A stretch of DNA of 64,000 nt, from assembly GCA_965208615.1 (NCBI GenBank), contig CBDBPB010000007.1:288001-352000 (forward strand). Reading direction: 5' to 3'. The translations under genes were made by a program, and so were the position numbers. This document shows, piece after piece, positions 41,065-49,854 of the stretch. The notes below the pieces were generated by a model that saw only the letters and a list, made by a program, of their open reading frames with translations, searched no databases and was not told the origin of the DNA. Source of the stretch: Spirochaetota bacterium. GTDB taxonomy: Bacteria; Spirochaetota; UBA6919; CBDBPB01. How positions within the stretch are numbered: the first letter of the stretch is position 1; the number at the start of each line of letters is the position of its first letter.

Positions 41065-41361
41065 ATGACAAGAGCCGATATCGTAAATCAAATCAGTGAA
41101 GAAGTGGGCCATGCAAAAAAAGATATCGATTTTGTTGTCACTGCTTTGCTTAAAGGAGTATTTGATAGCATAGTAAAAGGTGAGACTGTCTATTTTAGAG
41201 GGTTTGGTACATTTGGCTCAAAGATTAGAAAACAAAGGGTAGCTCGTAATCTGAAGACTAATGAAAGGCTTATAGTGCCTGAACACTATGTTCCTTATTT
41301 TCAACCAGGGAAGGACCTCAAAAAAATTAAAGAAATAAGTAAAATGAATAATACTATATAA
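41065..41361 (+). CDS. HU/IHF family DNA-binding protein
   Basis: FRGFGTF, RVARN, FQPGK. Confidence 0.9.
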   Translation: MTRADIVNQISEEVGHAKKDIDFVVTALLKGVFDSIVKGETVYFRGFGTFGSKIRKQRVARNLKTNERLIVPEHYVPYFQPGKDLKKIKEISKMNNTI

Positions 41362-41484
41362 CCCTTTAGTTCCTTTTCTAATAAGACTTATAATGCCTTA
41401 GCCCATTAGTATGTGGTTTTGCTATATTCTAACCGTATTGTTATAATTGATCCATAATTTATAAAAAAGTTAAAAGCTGTCTTT

Positions 41485-42254
41485 ATGAGGTGTTATTTGC
41501 CTTTATTAAAGGATATATTATCATTTACAAATGAATATTTAGATATTAAAAGTTTTAAAGATTATTGTCCTAACGGTCTTCAGGTAGAAGGAAGCAATAA
41601 TGTGGAATATATTTCTAGTGGTGTTAGTTCGTCTTTAGAGCTTTTTGAAAAGGCATCTTATTTAGGCTCTAATTTAGTTTTAACCCATCATGGTCTATTG
41701 TGGGGTAGTGTAGCACAGATAATTTCAGGTCCATTTAAAAAAAGAATAGAGTTTTTGTTGAAAAACGGCATATCTTTATTGGCTTACCATCTTCCGTTGG
41801 ACGCTCATAAAATAGTAGGGAATAACTCACTAATAGCAAGTTCCCTTGAGCTTAAGGATATAAAGCCTTTTGCTGAGTATTATGGTAATAATATTGGTTA
41901 TATAGGTAATTTGGATTATAGTATACCTTTTTATGTATTTTTAAAAAAGGTTAATAAGCTTTTTAATAGTGAGTCAATATATTATCCTTTGGAAAGTCAG
42001 AGGTTAAAAGAATTGGAATTGTTTCAGGGGGAGCGGCTGATCGTCTTAGTGATGCAGTTTATAATGGTTGCGACGTATTTATAACTGGTGAGGCTAAAGA
42101 GTCGACCATGTATTTAGCAAAAGAAGAACAAATTAATTTTATTGCCTCAGGGCATTATAATACAGAAAAGTTTGGAGTAAAGGCATTTGGTAGTATAATA
42201 GCTAAAGAATTTAATATTAGCCATAGTTTTATAGATATACCAAATCCCGTATAG
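41485..42254 (+). pseudogene. Nif3-like (YbgI) metal-binding protein with a 1-bp frameshift near 41990
   Basis: DYCPNGLQVEG, THHG, YHLPLDAH in one frame; GIVSGG, ITGE, GHYNTE, DIPNPV-stop in another from 41991. Confidence 0.8.
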
Positions 42255-42258
42255 AGTT

Positions 42259-43083
42259 ATGATATTTTTATTAAAATTGATACCCAAAAGATTAATTAGT
42301 TTATTAGTCGGCATACTATCGGATATAGCATTGCCAAAATGGTTTTTGAAGGTATTTATTGATTTTTTTATCAAAAAGTATAATATAAACAAAAAAGAAA
42401 TGATATACCCTGTTTCTTACTATAAAACCTTTAATGACTTCTTTACAAGACCCATAAATTTAGACCTTAGACCCATTGATAAAGGGTTGAATAGTATTGT
42501 ATACCCTGTGGATAGCAGGATAATTGAGTTTGGCAGTATAAAAAAGGATAGGGCTATTCAGGCTAAGGGGATAGACTATTCTATTTTTTCTTTAATTAGT
42601 AATTATGATTATGCAAAGCTTTTTATAGACGGCTTTTTTATAACATTATATTTGAGTCCTAAAGATTATCATAGGATTCATAGCCCTTTGGATGGTGAGG
42701 TAAGTGCAGTGGAGTATAATAGGGGTATGCTTTATCCTGTTAATAGTTTGGGGCTTAAAATCCCTAGTTTATTTGCTATAAACGAGCGACTAACAACATT
42801 TTTAAAAACCGATTTTGGTTTATGTGCTATTATAAAGGTTGGAGCTTTGAATGTTGGGAGGATTAGTGTAAACTATGCTATCCCGGATTCGATTGTCAAA
42901 AAGCAGTCATTTTTTTGTACTATAAAAAATACCCTATACAAGAAGGGTGAAGAGTTTGCCAAGTTTGAAATGGGTTCTACTGTAGTACTATTATTTGAAA
43001 ATAATAGAATAGCTTTTGATGATAATATAAAAAAAGATGATGCTGTTAAGATTGGTAAAGCTTTTGCCTATGGCATAAGTTAG
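42259..43083 (+). CDS. psd: Phosphatidylserine decarboxylase
   Basis: FNDFFTR, YLSPKDYHRIH, NER, MGST. Confidence 0.93.
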   Translation: MIFLLKLIPKRLISLLVGILSDIALPKWFLKVFIDFFIKKYNINKKEMIYPVSYYKTFNDFFTRPINLDLRPIDKGLNSIVYPVDSRIIEFGSIKKDRAIQAKGIDYSIFSLISNYDYAKLFIDGFFITLYLSPKDYHRIHSPLDGEVSAVEYNRGMLYPVNSLGLKIPSLFAINERLTTFLKTDFGLCAIIKVGALNVGRISVNYAIPDSIVKKQSFFCTIKNTLYKKGEEFAKFEMGSTVVLLFENNRIAFDDNIKKDDAVKIGKAFAYGIS

Positions 43084-43337
43084 TTTTTATATTTAACTCC
43101 ACTAACACCTTAGAACTAAAATATTAATTTGTCAATACTAGTTGTTATAATATAGAATGTTTTGTGTTATTATACATTATTCAGTGGTATAGTTTGCATG
43201 TAGAGCTGGGAACATTATAAAAATATTAATAATTTGTTATGATCTAATTAAGGTTTTTATTATATTTGGATTTTATTAAATTGGGGCTTTATTATTTTAA
43301 CTGTGCTGTATTTAATATTATAAGGGGAATCTTGTGA

Positions 43338-43733
43338 ATGAAGACATTAGGAAAGCATCTTTTAGCTGAGTTTATGGGTTGTAAGATAGACTTAGATTGT
43401 GTTAATGTTATACAGCAAGAAATGGAGAATGCCGCTATTTATTCTAATGCTAGTATTGTTCAATCTGTATTTCATCATTTTAGTCCATGGGGAGTTAGTG
43501 GAGTGGTGGTTATAGCGGAATCTCATTTAGCTATTCATACCTGGCCTGAGTATGATTATGCGGCGGTTGATGTTTTTACTTGTGGGGATACTGTTAATCC
43601 ATGGGATGCCTTTAATTTTTTAAAAAAGGTATTTGGAGCTGAGAGTACTATTATTAAAGAGGTACAGCGGGGTAATTTTGATTTAATTAAGGGATTTATT
43701 AGGTCTAAGGATCATATTTTTCAGGATACTTAG
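43338..43733 (+). CDS. speD: S-adenosylmethionine decarboxylase proenzyme
   Basis: [26 protein letters not shown]. Confidence 0.92.
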   Translation: MKTLGKHLLAEFMGCKIDLDCVNVIQQEMENAAIYSNASIVQSVFHHFSPWGVSGVVVIAESHLAIHTWPEYDYAAVDVFTCGDTVNPWDAFNFLKKVFGAESTIIKEVQRGNFDLIKGFIRSKDHIFQDT

Positions 43734-43832
43734 CTTGTGTTTAAAATCACTAATTTCGCAGACTTACAAAGCTTTATTTGTAGATCAGCGATATTGGTGG
43801 TTCATAGATTATTATATTAGGGGTGAACCATC

Positions 43833-44300
43833 GTGATATTTGGACTTCCTAGTAAGTATTTTCTTGTTGCTGGAACATCTGATAACTTTATGCCGTTAAA
43901 CGCTTTTGACGGAGCTTTAATAGATGCTGGTATTGCTAATGTTAATATAGTTAAGATGAGTAGTATAATTCCTCCTGGTTGTCTTAGGGTTGATCCTATT
44001 GAGTTGCCTTATGGATCTATAGTTCCTGTTGCTTATGCTTATATAATGAGTCCTATACCTGGTGAGATTATTTCTGCCGCTATAGCTTGTGCTATTCCTG
44101 TAAATAATAATAAACCGGGCTTAATTATGGAGTATTCATCATCCGGCCATAAAAAAGAGGTTGAGGATATTTCTATTAAAATGGCTAAAGAGGGTATGAG
44201 ATTAAGAAATGAGAAGATTAGGGATATTGAGTGTATATCGGTTAGTCATAAGGTTAATTATAAGGGTGCCGCTTTTGCTGGTGTAGTTTTGTGGTATTGA
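43833..44300 (+). CDS. pdaD: Pyruvoyl-dependent arginine decarboxylase
   Basis: LNAFDGALIDAGI, VKMSSIIP. Confidence 0.88.
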   Translation: MIFGLPSKYFLVAGTSDNFMPLNAFDGALIDAGIANVNIVKMSSIIPPGCLRVDPIELPYGSIVPVAYAYIMSPIPGEIISAAIACAIPVNNNKPGLIMEYSSSGHKKEVEDISIKMAKEGMRLRNEKIRDIECISVSHKVNYKGAAFAGVVLWY

Positions 44301-44307
44301 GGATTAT

Positions 44308-45165
44308 ATGCTTAAGTGGTTTTCAGAGAGTCAGACTAATAATATTACCCTTAGCTTAAGGATAAAGGCTATTTTGTATGAGGGTGAGAGCAACTATCAA
44401 AAGATTGCTATTTATGACACTTATGATTATGGTAGGCTTTTGGCATTGGATGATAAAATCATGCTTACTGAGAGGGATGAGTTTATTTATCATGAGATGA
44501 TTAGTCATGTTTCTTTGTATAGTCATCCATTACCTACTAAGGTATTAGTTATTGGAGGTGGGGATGGAGGTACTGTTAGAGAGGTACTTAAGCATAATAG
44601 TGTAATAGAGGTTCATTTATGCGAGATTGATGAGCTTGTGGTCAGTAAGTCAAGGGAGTTTTTTAGTTTTTATAGTGATATTCCTGAGGATTATAGGCTT
44701 AAAATACTTTATGAAGATGGTTTTAAGTTTTTAGAGGGTTGTTCTAATTTATATGATGTTATACTTATAGATTCTACTGATCCTATTGGTGAGGCTGTTA
44801 AGTTATTTAGCTTAGAGTTTATTTATTTGTGCAAGTCTGCTCTTAAGAAAGATGGTATACTAACTTTTCAGAGTGAGTCTCCATTTTATAATATTGATTT
44901 TATTTCTAAGCTAAGGTATAGTTTAAATAGGGTTTTTAAGATAACTAAGTTATATACTGTTAATATACCTAGTTATCCAAGTGGGTTTTGGAGTTTTATG
45001 ATTAGTTCTGATATATATGATCCTACTATGGGTTTTAGAGAGGCTGAATCGGATAAGTTTAGATATTATAATAGTGATATTCATAAGGGAGCTTTTATTT
45101 TACCTAGTTACGTAAAGAATATGTTAATTAACCATGGTAAAAGGGATATTCTTACAAAGAATTGA
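44308..45165 (+). CDS. speE: Polyamine aminopropyltransferase
   Basis: DEFIYHEM, GGGDGG, DSTDP. Confidence 0.93.
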   Translation: MLKWFSESQTNNITLSLRIKAILYEGESNYQKIAIYDTYDYGRLLALDDKIMLTERDEFIYHEMISHVSLYSHPLPTKVLVIGGGDGGTVREVLKHNSVIEVHLCEIDELVVSKSREFFSFYSDIPEDYRLKILYEDGFKFLEGCSNLYDVILIDSTDPIGEAVKLFSLEFIYLCKSALKKDGILTFQSESPFYNIDFISKLRYSLNRVFKITKLYTVNIPSYPSGFWSFMISSDIYDPTMGFREAESDKFRYYNSDIHKGAFILPSYVKNMLINHGKRDILTKN

Positions 45166-45378
45166 CTTTTTTTATCTTATTTTTTATTTTCAAATATATA
45201 ACTATATTAAATATTATGATATTTTAACATTGTTGTATATTATTTTATAGGTTGTATAGGCGGTTATTTTGGTATTATGTATTTAAACATAATAACTTTT
45301 GTATGTTGGTTTTAGACTTTGCTATGCATTAAAAATCATAAAATACACTGATTTTAGTTAAGATTAAGGATATAATTT

Positions 45379-45732
45379 ATGCAGTTCTTTATGTGCAAGT
45401 CAAAAATACATAGGGTTACTGTTACTGATAGTAATCTACATTACGAAGGCAGTTTAACTATTGACAAAAACCTTATGGAGCTTGCTAATATTTTTACTTA
45501 TGAGAAGGTACATGTAGTTAATATTAATAATGGGAATAGATTTGAAACATATACTATTGAGGGTAAAAGAGGGAGTGGGGAGATATGTTTAAATGGTGCA
45601 GCAGCAAGGCTTGGTCAGGTAGGTGATAAAGTTATAATCATTACCTATGGTGCTTATAACGAAGAGGAAGCTAAAAATCATAGACCTATTGTTGTTAAGG
45701 TTGACGATAAAAATAAGCCTATTACCAGTTAG
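45379..45732 (+). CDS. panD: Aspartate 1-decarboxylase
   Basis: [20 protein letters not shown]. Confidence 0.96.
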   Translation: MQFFMCKSKIHRVTVTDSNLHYEGSLTIDKNLMELANIFTYEKVHVVNINNGNRFETYTIEGKRGSGEICLNGAAARLGQVGDKVIIITYGAYNEEEAKNHRPIVVKVDDKNKPITS

Positions 45733-45852
45733 TTTTATTATTAATAGTATATTTTTCTATGATAGCCTGGTGTTATAAACTTTACTAATAGTCCATCCAC
45801 ATAAAACGCTTACTTTTGCATACTATCATATTGACTAGTCTAAATAAATAAG

Positions 45853-47100
45853 TTAGGGTTGTTTATTCTGTTTAGTTTATCTATTTAAAGCTTAAAAAAC
45901 ACAGATTATGAAGTTATAGAAAGTGTTTTGATGAAGGTAAAAAGGCAGTGAAATAGGTTGTTGACAATGGGGATAGATATAAACATGTAGGTTTAGGTTT
46001 TGAGTCAGACGGAGTAAGTATATTTATTTTTTTATTTAAGGTTAAGGGTTGTTTATTCTGTTGGCAAGAGGTATTAGTCTTTTGTGAGAGAGGTGTTACT
46101 AATTGTTTTAGTAGTGTAGATAAAAAGTATCTAGTTAGTTTATCTATTTAAAGCTTAAAAAACACAGATTATGAAGTTATAGAAAGTGTTTTGATGAAGG
46201 TAAAAAGGTTATGAAATAGGTTGTTGACAATGGGGATAGATATAAACATGTAGGTTTAGGTTTTGAGTCAGACGGAGTAAGTATATTTATTTTTTTATTT
46301 AAGGTTAAGGGTTGTTTATTCTGTTGGCAAGAGGTATTAGTCTTTTGTGAGAGAGGTGTTACTAATTGTTTTAGTAGTGTAGATAAAAAGTATCTAGTTA
46401 GTTTATCTATTTAAAGCTTAAAAAACACAGATTATGAAGTTATAGAAAGTGTTTTGATGAAGGTAAAAAGGTTATGAAATAGGTTGTTGACAATGGGGAT
46501 AGATATAAACATGTAGGTTTAGGTTTTGAGTCAGACGGAGTAAGTATATTTATTTTTTTATTTAAGGTTAAGGGTTGTTTATTCTGTTGGCAAGAGGTAT
46601 TAGTCTTTTGTGAGAGAGGTGTTACTAATTGTTTTAGTAGTGTAGATAAAAAGTATCTAGTTAGTTTATCTATTTAAAGCTTAAAAAACACAGATTATGA
46701 AGTTATAGAAAGTGTTCTGATGAAGGTAAAAAGGCAGTGAAATAGGTTGTTGACAATGGGGATAGATATAAACATGTAGGTTTAGGTTTTGAGTCAGACG
46801 GAGTAAGTATATTTATTTTTTTATTTAAGGTTAAGGGTTGTTTATTCTGTTGGCAAGAGGTATTAGTCTTTTGTGAGAGAGGTGTTACTAATTGTTTTAG
46901 TAGTGTAGATAAAAAGTATCTAGTTAGTTTATCTATTTAAAGCTTAAAAAACACAGATTATGAAGTTATAGAAAGTGTTTTGATGAAAGTAAAAAGGTAG
47001 TGAAATAGGTTGTTGACAATGGGGATAGATATAAACATGTAGGTTTAGGTTTTGAGTCAGACGGAGTAAGTATATTTATTTTTTTATTTAAGGTTAAGGG
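45853..47100. repeat. Tandem array 2: about 4.7 units of 263 bp
   Basis: TTAGTTTATCTATTTAAAGC recurs at 45872, 46135, 46398, 46661, 46924. Confidence 0.98.
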
Positions 47101-47170
47101 GATATTATTTAATAATTCAGTTATCATTTTATGATAGATTTATGAAAAAGTCTACAAGGTAAAAAGTAAG

Positions 47171-47474
47171 ACATATAACGTAAAGGCAGATAGATTCCAG
47201 ATTTCTTTATGGAACAGGAAAGTTAAGATATTCATGGAAAAGTTATTTTCTTGTGTCATACAGGTTATCCCACTATGCTTTTTAAGTACTGCTTAAATGC
47301 CTTAGCAATGAACACAAAATATCACTTTTTATGCAGGTAGTCATCACTACGAGAGCTATTAAGAATCTCTTTCTGAGACTAAGAATTATAGACCTTTATT
47401 AAGTGATGACGGATTTGCTTTTCCATAAAGGCTTAGAGCAGATTATTGGAATATTCTATATTGACTTTATGTGT
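47171..47474 (+). ncRNA. Putative 304-nt structured RNA / dispersed element, copy 2
   Basis: Same length as 5572-5875 with about 37 differences; same helices retained. Confidence 0.65.
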
Positions 47475-47489
47475 AATTTTCTATGGGGA

Positions 47490-47667
47490 TTAAAAATAAT
47501 AGAACAGCTTATACCTATAAAAATTGATTAACTTAGAACGTTTTTACAATAAACTACTAAAACATTTGATAACAATATTTGCTAAAACGTTTGTTCATCT
47601 CAACTTATTTCTGAAGTGACCGCAATTAATGAAAAGCTTTTTACTAGTTTAACTTAGATAAACTAAA
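47490..47667 (-). repeat. Degenerate inverted copy of array-unit sequence (right arm of element copy 2)
   Basis: Reverse-complement matches: 47655-47667 to 45871-45883 (13/13), 47553-47564 to 46104-46115 (12/12), 47601-47611 to 45950-45960 (10/11). Confidence 0.65.
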
Positions 47668-47687
47668 GTAAAAGTAGATAAGAGCCA

Positions 47688-48227
47688 TTAATTTTTTAAC
47701 TGTTTAACGAAGTTGTAAGCATAGATTAGACTGGACAATAAAAAAAGTACTATAGATAGATATAGTGTTGGGTTTATGAGTATTTTTATATTTAGTATAT
47801 AACAGCAGACTAGTATTGCCAATACTGTTGTTGTTAGTTTACCCCAGGTGCTTGCAGTTGTTATTATCTTTTTTTTGTTATAGAAGTATGCACCTCCTAT
47901 AAATATTATACTATCTCTGGCGATTAGTGCTAATAGGTACCAAAGGGGAAAACCTTTATATAGATATAGTATGCTTGCTATTACGGCAATGGCTATTTTA
48001 TCTGCTAGTGGGTCTAGTATTTTACCTAGTTTAGTTACTTGTTTAAGGCTACGGCTTAAAAGTCCGTCTAGGAAGTCGGATAATACAATTAAGCCAAATA
48101 TTATAATTGACCAAGTGGCATTGTCATTTATTATGTAGTAGACAAAAACAGGTAATAATAATATTCGACTAAGGCTTATGAGGTTTGGTATTAAGTAGAT
48201 GTCTTTCCAGTTTAGCGGGTTTAACAA
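47688..48227 (-). CDS. CDP-alcohol phosphatidyltransferase (PgsA-like)
   Basis: PNLISLSR, SDFLDG..R, GKILDPLADK. Confidence 0.9.
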   Translation of the reverse strand: MLNPLNWKDIYLIPNLISLSRILLLPVFVYYIINDNATWSIIIFGLIVLSDFLDGLLSRSLKQVTKLGKILDPLADKIAIAVIASILYLYKGFPLWYLLALIARDSIIFIGGAYFYNKKKIITTASTWGKLTTTVLAILVCCYILNIKILINPTLYLSIVLFLLSSLIYAYNFVKQLKN

Positions 48228-48698
48228 GTTATTCTCCTTGTTATTTTACTAGTTTTTCTAATAGTATAGGTCAAAAGTATTTTAAGATAGCATATATATC
48301 TAACTTTTTTAAAAGGTAGATAAAATATACCTAAAATTATTTTAGAATAGTTTTTTATCTCTAGAATAATTAGTAACCTAATTATAATAGTTAATAACGT
48401 ATACTTTTTATTTATAGAGGCAGTATTATAGTTTAGAGGTTTTGGTAAATTATTAATGTTCGATTAGTTAATTTATATATTGCTAAAAAACTATGTCGAA
48501 TTAGGAAATTATTATATTTCATTTTTAATTATACTATTACATATAATTTTTGATACTTTTTTAGGTATAAAAGCCAGACAGATTAAATTTAGGGTCTTTT
48601 AGTGTCGATTTAATTAACAAGTCTCATAGAGAGTATTATTTATTTATTTATTTATGAGATATTGTAAAAAAAAATTTGGATATAAGGAGATGTACCTT

Positions 48699-49784
48699 AT
48701 GAGAAAAGTATTGATATTTGGAGTTTGTACATTTCTTTTGTTATGGATATCGGCTACTATGTTTTCTCAGGAAGGCGGTGCTGGAGATACTGGTACTGCG
48801 AGTCAGAATCCTAATAATGAAGGAGAGGTGCTCATTGACTTTACCGCATTTGAAGACCGAATTGATAAGTCAGGACTTTATGAAGAGGATATCGCTAGGA
48901 ATAAACCTATTGCAGAACTAGACAATAAAGATCCTAAACAAATTGATCCTAAAACTTTGGCTCCTGCTTATCGTATTCAGGCTTCTGATCTGAAGTATGC
49001 CCGCTGGATGGTACAATTAAACTCTTCTGCTAACACTGTAGAAAATAGACGGTGGAGTTATAGTAAAAAAGTTCAGCTTAAAAATGGAAAAAGTAGCGTA
49101 TTGGGAGTACGTATACATTTTCCTAAGCATAGGTATAATGCTTATGCTAAAATTGCTCCTCCCTATGAGTTAAGAGCCTATAACAATGATGGTTCTATTG
49201 TATCTAGGAACGATAATGGAAAGTTTATAGGGGTTATTGATAACGTTGGGGATATTAAAAAACTAGCTATCGATGTTAGTGGTAGAAATTATAAGTATGG
49301 TCTGTCTATTAGGCTTAGGGATAACTATGATGAAGTAAAAGAATACTTTATGGGTTATTTATACTATGTGAACTGGAGAATATTAACATGGGAGAATCCA
49401 AACTACTTGCCGCATGTTGATTTTAGAGAGCTTTATAGAATACCACTTTATCCTAGAGAGGTGCCTTATAAAAAGTTTGACTCTATTATTGTTTATCGTC
49501 CGGGTGAGGTAGACGGTGGGGATTTTATAGCATATTTTAAGAAAATAAATATGTGGTTTGATTTTGCTATTCCACCTGAGACACTTAAGGATATTGATAT
49601 TGATGATGAAGCTCAATGGGGAATTATTGCTGAGATAGCAAGAAAGAAAAGAAAAATTGAAACCATTAGAGCAAGAGAAAGAATTGAGCTAATGAGACAA
49701 GAAAAAAGAAAGCTAGGTAAAAATGAAGAACCTAAAGATCCTTTGGCCGCTAAACCAGAAGATAAAACAGCAGATAAACAATAA
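48699..49784 (+). CDS. flaA: Spirochaete periplasmic flagellar sheath protein FlaA
   Basis: Signal peptide; LNSSA, VLGVRIHFP, GVIDNVGDIK, LTWENPNY; AAGGAG before ATG 48699. Confidence 0.88.
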   Translation: MRKVLIFGVCTFLLLWISATMFSQEGGAGDTGTASQNPNNEGEVLIDFTAFEDRIDKSGLYEEDIARNKPIAELDNKDPKQIDPKTLAPAYRIQASDLKYARWMVQLNSSANTVENRRWSYSKKVQLKNGKSSVLGVRIHFPKHRYNAYAKIAPPYELRAYNNDGSIVSRNDNGKFIGVIDNVGDIKKLAIDVSGRNYKYGLSIRLRDNYDEVKEYFMGYLYYVNWRILTWENPNYLPHVDFRELYRIPLYPREVPYKKFDSIIVYRPGEVDGGDFIAYFKKINMWFDFAIPPETLKDIDIDDEAQWGIIAEIARKKRKIETIRARERIELMRQEKRKLGKNEEPKDPLAAKPEDKTADKQ

Positions 49785-49800
49785 ATAAAATCTAAAACTT

Positions 49801-49827
49801 AAAAAGGGGTTAATAAACCCCTTTTTT
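49801..49827. terminator. Bidirectional terminator between flaA and uvrA
   Basis: AAAAAGGGGTT-aata-AACCCCTTTTT. Confidence 0.8.
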
Positions 49828-49854
49828 ATAAGGCTAACCCTTCTTTCTTTTGAA

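Noticed and set aside
45961-45990. TTGACA in each array-2 unit as a tandem sigma-70 promoter
   Set aside because: No convincing -10 hexamer at 16-18 bp spacing.
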